Position numbers and translations under genes: made by a program. Below are positions 27,999 through 36,774 of a stretch of 64,000 nt of DNA, one piece after another. Location of the stretch: IMG/VR virus record IMGVR_UViG_2974624538_000001, positions 46,771 through 110,770 of that record. One strand, 5' to 3'. How positions within the stretch are numbered: the stretch's first letter is position 1; every line of letters starts with the position of its first letter. A model generated the notes under the pieces. It did not search any database. It was not told the origin of the DNA and worked only from the letters and a program-made list of their open reading frames with translations. This DNA is from a virus (Duplodnaviria; Heunggongvirae; Uroviricota; Caudoviricetes).

Positions 27999-28284
27999 AT
28001 GGTTAATACAAATAAGAAACCATTGCACAAGGCTCAGTCTAGAATTGAGGCAGATGCATGGATTGCGAGTATTGGAAAGAGTCAGTATCCTGGTGAGAAG
28101 CTAATTGTTCATCGTCAGGGTAACGAGTGGCACGTCTATAAGGGGTAAAAATGGGAATCTTCAGCAAGAGTCCAAAGCCTGTTTCGACGGGTGATGATTC
28201 AACGCCAGAAGAGAAGGCAGACCAGAAGTTGAAGTTTGCTACCGCATCTGCTAGGTTTGGTCCAGTAGGAAGGCGAGACAAGAC

Positions 28285-28479
28285 ATGGCAAGAGCAGAGC
28301 AAGTGACGGTTTATGATGAAGTCATTGAGCGAATGGCAGTCAAGCTAGGCTTGACAGTCCAGGAGGTTGATGCCATCATGGACATGTACACGGAAGAGTC
28401 CAAGCAAGTTCACATTGAACGAGGTCACATTCGGCCGGATTCAAGGCTTGCATCCACACAACGCACTGTGGTAAGGTAA
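28285..28479 (+). CDS. hypothetical protein
   Basis: ORF. Confidence 0.3.
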   Translation: MARAEQVTVYDEVIERMAVKLGLTVQEVDAIMDMYTEESKQVHIERGHIRPDSRLASTQRTVVR

Positions 28480-28649
28480 ATACATGAACAGAGAGCAGTA
28501 CGAAAAGTTCAAGGAACGAGCGAAGAATGCTGGTCTCCACCTAGATAAGGATGGTTTCCAAAAGCACATGGAAGAGATTATGTCGAATCCGTCTGCTAGA
28601 GTGAACTATCTGAATCTAATGAAGTAAGTAAAACGCCCGAAAGGGCAAT

Positions 28650-28735
28650 GGATGGATAACACGTAATTGGTAGCGTCGCGGCCTGTAAAGCCGTTGTCCG
28701 AAAGGGCTCTGGGGGTTCAAGTCCCTCTCCATCCA
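28650..28735 (+). tRNA. tRNA-Tyr(GTA)
   Basis: acceptor GGATGGA/TCCATCC, anticodon arm CGGC-CTGTAAA-GCCG, long variable arm, T GGGGG-TTCAAGT-CCCTC. Confidence 0.65.
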
Positions 28736-28737
28736 CT

Positions 28738-28810
28738 GTGACTGTAGCATAACGGCTAATGCACTGCGTTGTGGTCGCAGCCAATGCGGGTTCGAGTCCC
28801 GTCAGTCACC
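28738..28810 (+). tRNA. tRNA-His(GTG)
   Basis: acceptor GTGACTG/CAGTCAC with C73, anticodon arm CTGCG-TTGTGGT-CGCAG. Confidence 0.7.
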
Positions 28811-28812
28811 CC

Positions 28813-28884
28813 GGTCCTTTGTTGCGAGTGGTTAGCAATCGGTCTGCAAAACCGAATACGTCGGTTCGAATCCGACAAGGGCCT
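28813..28884 (+). tRNA. tRNA-Cys(GCA)
   Basis: acceptor GGTCCTT/AAGGGCC with U73, anticodon arm TCGGT-CTGCAAA-ACCGA, T GTCGG-TTCGAAT-CCGAC. Confidence 0.7.
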
Positions 28885-29250
28885 CTATACATTCCCCACC
28901 TGAATGTAGAAGGTAACCGAAAGTGTAAAAGTCAGCTAACTGACTGCCTGTGTAAGTGGAACGGGACTCCTCTAGCAGGGAGATTGAAACCATAGGGAAT
29001 AGCCCGTATAGACCTATGGCACCACGGACTACGATGTGCTAGCATTGGTGGTGGTTCCGGGGAAGAGTCTAGTCAACTCCAACTGGGTATTATGCAATGA
29101 GGTGTTTCACCAGTCGTCACCTTGTAAATCTAGGCTGGAGCGACTAATTTAAGTTAGGGGCGGTAAGCCCAGACCTTAAAGAATGGCCGGGATAGTGCAT
29201 CCTGTCGCGCAAGCACTCTAGAGCGTAGGCTAGTTAAACCTACGCATCAT

Positions 29251-29325
29251 TCCCTCGTAGCTCAATGGCAGAGCAGAGAGCTGTTAACTCTAAGGTTGTT
29301 GGTTCGAGTCCAGCCGGGGGAGCCA
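29251..29325 (+). tRNA. tRNA-Asn(GTT), CCA encoded
   Basis: acceptor TCCCTCG/CGGGGGA, D GCTC-AATGGCA-GAGC, anticodon arm GAGAG-CTGTTAA-CTCTA, 3' GCCA. Confidence 0.75.
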
Positions 29326-29576
29326 CACGCACAGAATTGGGAAAAGAACGGATTTGGAAGCCATGTAATAACCTAGGTAAAGATGGTGAAAGATGAAGGG
29401 GAGATACTGAAGAGCGGTGCGCCAAGACTATTATCCTGGTTAGGCACCCGCGTGGGACCACTTCAAATTTTACGGCATCGGTTGAATGCCCACAAAGGAT
29501 AACTCGTATATCCTGGTAGACGCGCTTTCGCGGCGGGTTATCTGAATGTAAAGGAGTCACGCCCAATCAACCACTT

Positions 29577-29647
29577 GCCTCTATGGTGTAAGGGATGCAC
29601 AATGGTCTTCGGAACCATTAGTCCGGGTTCGAATCCTGGTGGGGGTA
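29577..29647 (+). tRNA. tRNA-Arg(TCG)
   Basis: acceptor GCCTCTA/TGGGGGT (wobble pairs), anticodon arm ATGGT-CTTCGGA-ACCAT, T CCGGG-TTCGAAT-CCTGG. Confidence 0.6.
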
Positions 29648-29648
29648 C

Positions 29649-29828
29649 ATGGCAAAGGAAGTGTATGTCGGGGCTCAAATCCTTATTCTTTCTGGACCTT
29701 ATGATGGTCAGATGGCTACGGTAGAAAGAATTGACCGTAGAAAGGATGTTTGGGCAAAGATTAATAGAGGAAGTGACGCTGGTGAAAAGACTAGAGTCAC
29801 TAAGGGAAACTATAAGGTGGTAGCATAA
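29649..29828 (+). CDS. small KOW-like protein (59 aa)
   Basis: MAKEVYVGAQILILSGPYDGQMATV... KOW-like GxxV.I..G..xG pattern; below the ORF-track cutoff. Confidence 0.4.
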   Translation: MAKEVYVGAQILILSGPYDGQMATVERIDRRKDVWAKINRGSDAGEKTRVTKGNYKVVA

Positions 29829-30004
29829 TGCCAACTGTAAAGGTAGGCGAGATTGTGAAAATCACCGGTGGACAGCGTTCAGGAAATAAGGCTAAGGTCT
29901 TGGCTAACCTGAACGCTTTTGCTATTAAGGCACAAATTATCGGTGGTAAGTACGATGGATTGATTCTGAACAATGTTAGATTCAATCACTATGAGAAGGC
30001 TTGA
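29828..30004 (+). CDS. small KOW-like protein (58 aa)
   Basis: MPTVKVGEIVKITGGQRSGNKAKV...; paralogous to the preceding ORF. Confidence 0.4.
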   Translation: MPTVKVGEIVKITGGQRSGNKAKVLANLNAFAIKAQIIGGKYDGLILNNVRFNHYEKA

Positions 30005-30055
30005 CACAAGCATCACCATGATGTAAGGTATAAGCACAGACAAACAGTCTGTGTC

Positions 30056-30127
30056 TGTTCCTGAAGTTCAACGGATGAACAACTCCCTCCTAAGGAGTAG
30101 GCTGCTGGTTCGAATCCAGTCAGGAAC
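30056..30127 (+). tRNA. tRNA-Arg(CCT)
   Basis: acceptor GTTCCTG/CAGGAAC, D GTTC-AACGGAT-GAAC, anticodon arm ACTCC-CTCCTAA-GGAGT, T GCTGG-TTCGAAT-CCAGT. Confidence 0.7.
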
Positions 30128-30223
30128 ACTTTACAAGACACGGGGGCTTGGCCCGTCCCCCAATCATGAGTCTTGGGCTCTCGTCCATAGAGAGTTTATA
30201 GTTAACGGGCCTGCCAAGCTATG

Positions 30224-30393
30224 AGAATCAAAAAGGGCCGGGTGTATGAAATTGAGCCTGGTGGAAGAGCATATGAAATTCTGAATGATGATGAAATTAT
30301 CTATCTAAAGGACCTTCAGTCTGGTAAGATTGTTCAGAGATTTAGAGGACAACTAAAAACTGACCACATTCGTGATAAGCGACGTGGCGAATA
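30224..30393 (+). CDS. hypothetical small protein (57 aa)
   Basis: ATG directly after GCCAAGCT; stop codon abuts the tmRNA 5' end. Confidence 0.3.
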
Positions 30394-30661
30394 AGGGCCT
30401 GCTTGGTTTCGACTTTGCTGGACGGGATATAGACGCAACCCTTCTTGGTCAAAGAAGTAAAACGGGCCAAAACAATAGATGCAAATTCTAACTTTGCTCT
30501 CGCTGCGTAAGTAGCCGGATTTGTCGGGAACCTTGGAACAGAATCCCGACTAGACAAAATGTGTAGATAATGTGTAAGACCCTTCAGTGTGATTGACAAT
30601 GGTTGTAGAACGGATATATGCTAGATAGTGAAGGACAGGGGTTCGACTCCCCTCAGGTCCA
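30394..30661 (+). ncRNA. ssrA: tmRNA (SsrA), tag peptide (A)ANSNFALAA
   Basis: 5' GGGCCTGCTTGGTTTCGAC and 3' GGTTCGACTCCCCTCAGGTCCA form a tRNA-Ala-like acceptor with G3:U70; internal frame GCA AAT TCT AAC TTT GCT CTC GCT GCG TAA (30481-30510) encodes ANSNFALAA-stop. Confidence 0.75.
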
Positions 30662-30678
30662 CACAGAAAGATACGGTA

Positions 30679-30852
30679 ATGAAAGTAACTAATCTATATA
30701 TCTACGGTAACAGCGATTACCTACGTAGACTGGAAGAAGATTACGTGTTCATGGGTAGACAGGTGAGGCTAGAAGATGATAGGCTTATCGTATTCGCTCT
30801 CCCAAAGAAGAGGCGGAAGAAGTCTCCCAGCAAGCAGCGTCGTAGGCGTTGA
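30679..30852 (+). CDS. hypothetical small basic protein
   Basis: internal ATG of the 30628 ORF chosen to avoid overlapping the tmRNA 3' end; Lys/Arg-rich tail. Confidence 0.3.
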   Translation: MKVTNLYIYGNSDYLRRLEEDYVFMGRQVRLEDDRLIVFALPKKRRKKSPSKQRRRR

Positions 30853-31576
30853 CAGGCAGGGTTGGAACCTGCTAGAGTATGACTAAGAGGTCAGGCAGTC
30901 GGACAAGGCTTAGGCGGATGAGAGTAGTTCAAGCGGTGGTAACTTAAATGCCCACTTAATGATGCTCAACAAGCCGGTGGGATGCGAGTGGACTAGTCCT
31001 GACCTTTTAAGCTTGCAAGGTTCAGAGCAGATTAATCGCCAACGTAGGATAGCGTAGGTTGCCTTGCAGAGGCCCGAGGAGTAGGATGTGGGTAGGCAGT
31101 CGGAGCCGTTGCGTATGCGGCGGGGTTAGCGACGTGTAGGGTCTCAAGCTTCAATCTGTGGATAACGAAAGGGGTCCGGCGTTCTGTGAACTGGCAGTCG
31201 GGTAGCCTGGCATGATACAATAAGCCTCTAGCGGGGCTAGTCACCCAAGAGTAAAGTTCATTGAGGGTGAGCAGATTGAAAACATGGTTGCGAGAGGGCC
31301 AACGGGTATGCTAAGGTGGTGTACAACACCGAAGCGCAAAGGAGATAGGGGCACCAAGTAAATGGGTGCTGTGTATCGCAACCAAGCTTTGCAGCAAGCA
31401 GGCCAAACGCTATAGACAGGGATACAAGGTTCTGAAAAGGTAACGCCCATTTGGCAGGGTAGGAAGTTACCACCTGATGATATCCATGCTGCAACTATGG
31501 AGATGACCGGAAACTTCTCCATAAGCTTCCTTCGTAAAAGCTGTAATGTAGTAAACAAAACACGAAGGGTATTAAA

Positions 31577-32458
31577 ATGGGTTACATTGTTTTCGCTAGC
31601 ATCTTCGTTCTTATTGGACTGATTGCTCTTGGAGTCGGCTTTGCCGCACGAAATGAGCCGGGAGTCCGAAGGGGAGCGTTTGGTGTAACTGCGGGAATGT
31701 TTGTACTACTTCTTGTCGTCACTGCGTTTAATTCTGTGACTAGTGTTGGCGCTCGTAATGTTGGTATTCAGACTGCTTTCGGTCGATACCAGGGAACGCT
31801 TGACAATGGTCTTCAGATTATCGCTCCGTGGTCTGAGCACGAGGACTTCTCTACTCAGATTCAGTACCTTGACCTTGATGGTGATAAGGATTCGGATGGC
31901 GCTGAAGTGACTTTCGCTGGTGGTGGTCGCGGTGTTGTGATGGCTACTCCGCGTTGGTACATTAACGAGAAGGATGCTGGTCAGCTCTGGAAGAAGTACA
32001 AGAATTTCGACAATGTTCGGGACCAGCTTGTTCAGTCTTCTGCTAAGGCTTCCTTCCGTGATGTTGTAAAGGATTACGCTCCGAATGAGGCTCTTGTTCA
32101 GACTGGCAAGATTGCCAATGAGGTGAAGGCTAACCTTGAGGCTTCTCTTGCCGACGATGGTGTTAAGATTGATTCCATCAGTATCCGAACGATTCGCCTT
32201 GATGGTCGTAGTCAGCAGTCCCTTGACAAGATTGTTCAGGCTAACAACGACATTGAGCGTGCTAAGGCTGAGCAGGAGCGGGCTAAGATTGATGCCGAGA
32301 CTGCCAAGATTCGTGAGAAGACTGGTGCTCTCAAGCCTGAGGCTCTTCAGCGTTACTGCCTTGACGTTGTGAACAACTGGGATGTCAAGAAGAATGGTTC
32401 TCTGCCCGCAGGCTTTAACTGCAACAGCAGCGTTCCTTTCACTGTTACCAACAAGTAA
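31577..32458 (+). CDS. SPFH/band-7 (prohibitin/stomatin-like) membrane protein
   Basis: N-terminal TM segments followed by an SPFH-like core (IAPWSEHEDF...IRTIRLD) and a coiled-coil tail. Confidence 0.65.
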   Translation: MGYIVFASIFVLIGLIALGVGFAARNEPGVRRGAFGVTAGMFVLLLVVTAFNSVTSVGARNVGIQTAFGRYQGTLDNGLQIIAPWSEHEDFSTQIQYLDLDGDKDSDGAEVTFAGGGRGVVMATPRWYINEKDAGQLWKKYKNFDNVRDQLVQSSAKASFRDVVKDYAPNEALVQTGKIANEVKANLEASLADDGVKIDSISIRTIRLDGRSQQSLDKIVQANNDIERAKAEQERAKIDAETAKIREKTGALKPEALQRYCLDVVNNWDVKKNGSLPAGFNCNSSVPFTVTNK

Positions 32459-32515
32459 CAACAGGGTGGCCTTCGGGCCACCAAGCTTACCTGACAAATT
32501 ACCTAAGGAGTTGAA

Positions 32516-32818
32516 ATGGCTACCGGCAAGGAGCGCGGCTACAAGGATTGGAAGCTCTCCAAGGAATTTAAGCGCAGCGCTCGAAACTATACTGAGTCCG
32601 ATGTTATGCCCGCTCGTAAGGTCCGCCCCAAGAACGCTAAGAAGTGGTGTAAGAAGAAGGTCGGTCGTGAGCACAAGTTCGAGAAGACCGGAATGACTTT
32701 CTTTTGGGCGGGTTATTTTCCCTGGCAGACTCGTGACGAATGGCGTACTAGCTATAAGTGCACTGACTGTGGTGCCACTAAGACCGAAAGCATCTTCCGA
32801 AACAATCCGGTTGACTGA
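32516..32818 (+). CDS. hypothetical protein (C-terminal CxxC)
   Basis: ORF after hairpin+AAGCTT. Confidence 0.45.
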   Translation: MATGKERGYKDWKLSKEFKRSARNYTESDVMPARKVRPKNAKKWCKKKVGREHKFEKTGMTFFWAGYFPWQTRDEWRTSYKCTDCGATKTESIFRNNPVD

Positions 32819-32879
32819 TTGGACAGACAACCTCAGACTGGTATAATGGATAATGAATCCATCAAGTTGGGAGGAAATT

Positions 32880-33305
32880 ATGAGCGATACTTTCCTAGAA
32901 CAAATGGGATTTAAGTTCATTGCCGACCTATTGACGGAAATCCGAGAAGGCCAGATGAGATTGGAGGTTACAATGGCAGACCTACAGACAGAAGTTGCAA
33001 ACCTTCGTGACGCGGTAACCGGTGTTTCACAGCGTGTTGACGCTCTCGTTGGTCCTCTTACGGATGCCGTAAGGGAGGCACAGGATGCTCTTGCAGCAGA
33101 GCGTGAAGCAGCCGCAAATCTAGCAGCAGCAGAAGATGCTGAGGACGTTGAGCAGAACCGTCAGCTAGACGAGGCTAAGGCAGCAACAGACGCCGCTCTC
33201 GCAAATGCTCAGGCAGCAGCAGATGAGATTGGAGCTGAGACATCACGTCTTAATTCAATCGCACAGCCTGCAAATCCAGAGCAGCCAGAAGAGCCAACAG
33301 CCTAA
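32880..33305 (+). CDS. coiled-coil protein (Ala/Glu-rich)
   Basis: ATG with GGGAGG RBS inside the 32853 ORF; low-complexity AAEDAEDVEQ repeats. Confidence 0.45.
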   Translation: MSDTFLEQMGFKFIADLLTEIREGQMRLEVTMADLQTEVANLRDAVTGVSQRVDALVGPLTDAVREAQDALAAEREAAANLAAAEDAEDVEQNRQLDEAKAATDAALANAQAAADEIGAETSRLNSIAQPANPEQPEEPTA

Positions 33306-33324
33306 TAACAACTGAATACTTCAG

Positions 33325-33355
33325 AACCCCGCTTCGGCGGGGTTTCTGTTTTTGG
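33325..33355 (+). terminator. rho-independent terminator
   Basis: GAACCCCGCttcgGCGGGGTTTCTGTTTTT. Confidence 0.6.
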
Positions 33356-33362
33356 AGGATGT

Positions 33363-33545
33363 ATGATAAAGTTCTATGCAATTGCATGTGACCAAGCAGA
33401 AGCAATTAAGAATTGTGCTTCAGGCAAGTATACGAATCAGCCATATTGGCCTGAGCATAAAACTTTGGTACCATATCTAAAGAGAGCGCAAGAAGAGAAT
33501 CCAGAACTTCAATTGAGAATCTTCGTAATTAAGGTTGGTGGATGA
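33363..33545 (+). CDS. hypothetical protein
   Basis: ORF. Confidence 0.35.
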   Translation: MIKFYAIACDQAEAIKNCASGKYTNQPYWPEHKTLVPYLKRAQEENPELQLRIFVIKVGG

Positions 33546-33822
33546 CATGTCAAAGAGCCGGAAGAAGTTTCTTTGCCTGGATTGCGGAATTGATACCGGG
33601 CGGATTGGCGAACACTACATGCTCATTGATGAAACATGGCACTTGACAGGGCTTCGTAAGTATGGAATGCTCTGTATTGAGCACGTAGAGAGCCGGATTG
33701 GAAGGAAGCTCGTTCCATCTGATTTTAACAACTCGTATTTGAATCGAGCAAGAACTGGTATTGTAAGCCAGAGACTATCGGATAGGATGATGCTAAATGG
33801 AAACCAACGAGCTGGTGAATGA
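33535..33822 (+). CDS. hypothetical zinc-finger protein
   Basis: CLDCG...C..H pattern. Confidence 0.35.
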   Translation: MVDDMSKSRKKFLCLDCGIDTGRIGEHYMLIDETWHLTGLRKYGMLCIEHVESRIGRKLVPSDFNNSYLNRARTGIVSQRLSDRMMLNGNQRAGE

Positions 33823-34159
33823 GTTCCTTCTTGACAAGTTTAAGAGGGAGGCGAAGCAGAGGTATCGAATTGGATTTGCGAGAGAAGATGAGCTTCCTGG
33901 ATACGATAAGGAAAAGCATCTAGCAAATTGTGAGACAACTTCCATTCGAAGTGCTGAATGTGAATGGTCTTGTGGATGTTATTCATGTTACACTCGTGAT
34001 GACAGTTTTGATATGTCTGCGCATGTAGGTTGTGATTGCGGCGTAGAAATGCGTTGGCGTTACGGTTACATGTACGATTTGCCAAATTTCATCACAGAAC
34101 TTGATGAGTACAAGAACAATGAAGTTTGTAGTCACAGCGATGATTGCGAATACTGCTAG
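33797..34159 (+). CDS. Cys-rich hypothetical protein
   Basis: many Cys pairs (CEWSCGCYSCY, CDCG, CSHSDDCEYC). Confidence 0.4.
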   Translation: METNELVNEFLLDKFKREAKQRYRIGFAREDELPGYDKEKHLANCETTSIRSAECEWSCGCYSCYTRDDSFDMSAHVGCDCGVEMRWRYGYMYDLPNFITELDEYKNNEVCSHSDDCEYC

Positions 34160-34193
34160 AACATGGTAAACTAAAAAGACCCGAAAGGGTCCG

Positions 34194-34268
34194 GCACACG
34201 TAGCCCAATTTGGTAGAGGCGCAGCGTTGAGGTCGCTGTTGTTGGAGGTTCGAGTCCTCTCGTGTGCA
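34194..34268 (+). tRNA. tRNA with anticodon GAG in a class-I (short variable arm) scaffold, nominally Leu(GAG), atypical
   Basis: acceptor GCACACG/CGTGTGC, anticodon arm CAGCG-TTGAGGT-CGCTG, T GGAGG-TTCGAGT-CCTCT; no long variable arm. Confidence 0.45.
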
Positions 34269-34269
34269 C

Positions 34270-34459
34270 GTCCTTGTAGCTTAAAAGGAAGAGCGCCGTA
34301 AAAACGGAGACGGGTCATGGTAGGATGGTTTGCGGATGCACCGGGACCGGGCCGTGGTACTTAAAAGGTACATGGTTGGGGAACCTTAACCCCCGGCAGG
34401 GAAGCGCGTATATTCCACGTCTACCTACATTGGTGTGAGTTCGAATCTCACCGGGGACA
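34270..34459 (+). ncRNA. 190-nt composite tRNA-like element (acceptor, D-arm and T-arm modules around a ~115-nt insertion)
   Basis: 5' GTCCTTG-TA-GCTT-AAAAGGAA-GAGC and 3' GTGAG-TTCGAAT-CTCAC-CGGGGAC pair as an acceptor stem; AGACG/CGTCT stem flanks an insert with hairpins and GGATGG/ATATTCC motifs. Confidence 0.4.
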
Positions 34460-34630
34460 CATGGTATATTTGAGAGTAGGTGGCCGGGCCACAATTTGTG
34501 AAAACCATATCATCAATGGCGTCAATTACAAGAATGTAACCGGTCGCGTACTGATGATTACTCGCAAGCTTGTGACCCTTGAAGTTGGACGAACAACGCT
34601 TTTTATTCCAAAGGATAAGGTGGTTCCAGC

Positions 34631-34906
34631 ATGAGTTATATCGTTTGGCGTGACCTTCTTGATATGGACGAGGATGACCCGATTTTCGAGCGGGTCAATG
34701 GACTGGATGATATTATCGTTCAGAAGTATCAGCAAGGTTGGGTAGAAGATGAATTTGGGCAGGGTTGGACAATTGAACAGGCTGAGGAATACATGAAGGA
34801 AAAGGGCTATCCTGCCTTCTTTCCAGAGCCTAGCAGCTACAATACTTTGCTCATCCTTATTCACATGATTAAGAATGGAGAAATTGACCTCAATGGGAAT
34901 CTTTAA
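34631..34906 (+). CDS. hypothetical protein
   Basis: ORF. Confidence 0.4.
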   Translation: MSYIVWRDLLDMDEDDPIFERVNGLDDIIVQKYQQGWVEDEFGQGWTIEQAEEYMKEKGYPAFFPEPSSYNTLLILIHMIKNGEIDLNGNL

Positions 34907-35060
34907 GCGAAATGGCTTTAGCAAGGGCCAGAAGGTTTATGTGGTTCGTAAGGCCGAGTTTGGTCGCATTGAGCAGTTCAAGGACGGACTGATTAAGGTT
35001 CGTGGCTTTAAGACTGGCGAGATGTGGGTTCGTGCCTCAGACATTGAGGCAGGAGACTAA
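34875..35060 (+). CDS. small KOW-like protein
   Basis: KGQKVYVVRKAEFGRIEQFKDGLIKV pattern. Confidence 0.4.
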   Translation: MEKLTSMGIFKRNGFSKGQKVYVVRKAEFGRIEQFKDGLIKVRGFKTGEMWVRASDIEAGD

Positions 35061-35079
35061 CAAAAGCCCTTCGGGGCAT

Positions 35080-35169
35080 GGAAGTGTGGCTGAGTCCGGT
35101 TTAAGGCGCTTCACTGCTAATGAAGTGGTTTCGTAAAGAGGCCCGCAGGTTCGAATCCTGTCACTTCCG
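35080..35169 (+). tRNA. tRNA-Ser(GCT)
   Basis: acceptor GGAAGTG/CACTTCC, anticodon arm GCTTCA-CTGCTAA-TGAAGT, long variable arm containing GGTTTCGTAAAGAGGCCC, T GCAGG-TTCGAAT-CCTGT. Confidence 0.75.
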
Positions 35170-35205
35170 CTGCTACCCTATGTAGAACCGTGTAGGGGCT
35201 ATGCA

Positions 35206-35559
35206 ATGTACCACGGGGTTGGTATCCCGAACGGTTCAAGCTATAATGGTGTCATGAAGATGAATCGACATCGTTACGAGGGGAGTTTCGTAAGACGTCA
35301 CAGTCTTTCGCTAGCTCTCCTTTTTGTTTTCTTGCTTCAATCAATCATCGTATGGTACAGTGGCTACGCAGATTGGAAGCAGGACCAAATTACACACAAG
35401 CAGGATGTTGCAATCTGGCCGGGGTTCGTGATTTACTATCTCTATCAGATGTCAGTCAGCATCGTAGCTGATACGTATGGGGCTCTCCTTCTGGTACTTT
35501 TTGCTAAATGGTTCTATGAAAAGGGTAGCCCAGAATCGGAAGACAATGGGAATTCTTAG
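35206..35559 (+). CDS. membrane protein
   Basis: three predicted TM helices. Confidence 0.4.
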   Translation: MYHGVGIPNGSSYNGVMKMNRHRYEGSFVRRHSLSLALLFVFLLQSIIVWYSGYADWKQDQITHKQDVAIWPGFVIYYLYQMSVSIVADTYGALLLVLFAKWFYEKGSPESEDNGNS

Positions 35560-35701
35560 AAGGAAATGGAAGTTTAAGAAAAAGGATTGTCCTCACATGC
35601 ACATTCGAAATATCCACGGTGATGAAATTATCGCAGCGGGTTGGAAGAGAAGTCAGTGCATGGATTGTGGTAAGTTCTTCAATAACCTAAACGGAAGGTA
35701 A
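35477..35701 (+). CDS. hypothetical zinc-ribbon protein (start uncertain)
   Basis: CPHMH...CMDCGKFF. Confidence 0.3.
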   Translation: MGLSFWYFLLNGSMKRVAQNRKTMGILRRKWKFKKKDCPHMHIRNIHGDEIIAAGWKRSQCMDCGKFFNNLNGR

Positions 35702-35706
35702 AAGAA

Positions 35707-36774
35707 ATGGTACACGTTTCGTCAATCTTCTCTGTGGATGACCTGGAGAAGGCAATTGCTGATGGTTGGGTGCGAGTTCAGACCAATGAGGACAACACCC
35801 TGTCTATTTACAATTACACTGAGGAGGCTCAGTATAAGCGTTACTGGAATGAGGTAACGCTGAATTGCCGTGGCTTGATTCTCGACAACTACATGCACGT
35901 CGTTGCCCGTCCTTGGAAGAAGTTTTTCAATTTCGGTGAGCGGCCTCTTCTTTTCAGCACTGACACTCCGGTTGAGGTGACGGACAAGAAGGATGGCAGT
36001 CTTGGCATTCTTTATCGACACCCGATGACTGGCGATTATCGAATCGCTACGCGAGGGTCTTTCCTTTCGGAGCAGGCTCTTCACGCAACGGATGTCTGGA
36101 ATGACAAGTATTCCCATATTGCTCAGCCGTGGGATGGAGTGACTTTCTTGTTCGAGATTGTGTATCCCGAGAACCGAATTGTTTTGAACTATGGTGAGAT
36201 GGATGACCTTATCCTTCTCGGTGCGGTTCACAATCAGTACGGTTGGTATTACGGTCCGAACGAGACTGCCGGGATGCTCAACTGGACTGGTCCAGTCACG
36301 GAGGTCTTTGAGTACCGCACCACGAACGACTGCTTCAAGGTGCATCGCTCAAATGCTGAGGGTCTGGTAATTCGGGCGGGCAGCGAGATGGTCAAGATGA
36401 AGCAGGAGGACTACGTAGCTTTGCACAAGCTGGTTACGGGTCTTAATGAGCGAGCAGTCTGGGAGCGCTTGAAGGATGGTGAGAGCCGTGCTAGTATCTG
36501 TTCAGCACTACCGGATGAGTTCCACGACTTTGTTGACAGGGTTGCAGATGACCTAGAGGCTCAGTTCAAGGAGATTTACCACAGTTCACACGTGGACTAT
36601 TGTAAGATTCTGAACAAGATGCCTGGCAAGTCTTCTATGGCTCAGAGTGAATGGCGAAAGCTATTCGCTTCGTATGCGACAAAGATGCCCAACTATGACC
36701 TTATCTTCAACTACTTGGACAACCGACCGGTTGCTGAGTCGATTTGGAAGATGATTCGTCCGAAGGGTGAGTAA
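35707..36774 (+). CDS. ATP-dependent RNA ligase (Rnl family, T4 Rnl-like)
   Basis: nucleotidyltransferase motif I TDKKDGSLG (KxDG), motif FEIVYPENRIV; 355 aa; followed by a polynucleotide kinase. Confidence 0.6.
   Translation: MVHVSSIFSVDDLEKAIADGWVRVQTNEDNTLSIYNYTEEAQYKRYWNEVTLNCRGLILDNYMHVVARPWKKFFNFGERPLLFSTDTPVEVTDKKDGSLGILYRHPMTGDYRIATRGSFLSEQALHATDVWNDKYSHIAQPWDGVTFLFEIVYPENRIVLNYGEMDDLILLGAVHNQYGWYYGPNETAGMLNWTGPVTEVFEYRTTNDCFKVHRSNAEGLVIRAGSEMVKMKQEDYVALHKLVTGLNERAVWERLKDGESRASICSALPDEFHDFVDRVADDLEAQFKEIYHSSHVDYCKILNKMPGKSSMAQSEWRKLFASYATKMPNYDLIFNYLDNRPVAESIWKMIRPKGE

Noticed and set aside
28759-28995. 78-aa + strand ORF
   Set aside because: It overlaps the tRNA-His and tRNA-Cys genes.
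30853-31576. RNase P RNA or group I/II intron hypothesis for the 720-nt non-coding region
   Set aside because: The conserved RNase P P4 strands (GGAAAGTCCGGGCTCC / ACAGAACCCGGCTTA) and group II domain V consensus could not be found by eye. It is kept only as an unassigned structured region.
31706-32920. 404-aa minus-strand ORF
   Set aside because: It is antisense to the SPFH gene and downstream ORFs. Its composition is atypical (L/S/N-rich) and it has no motifs.
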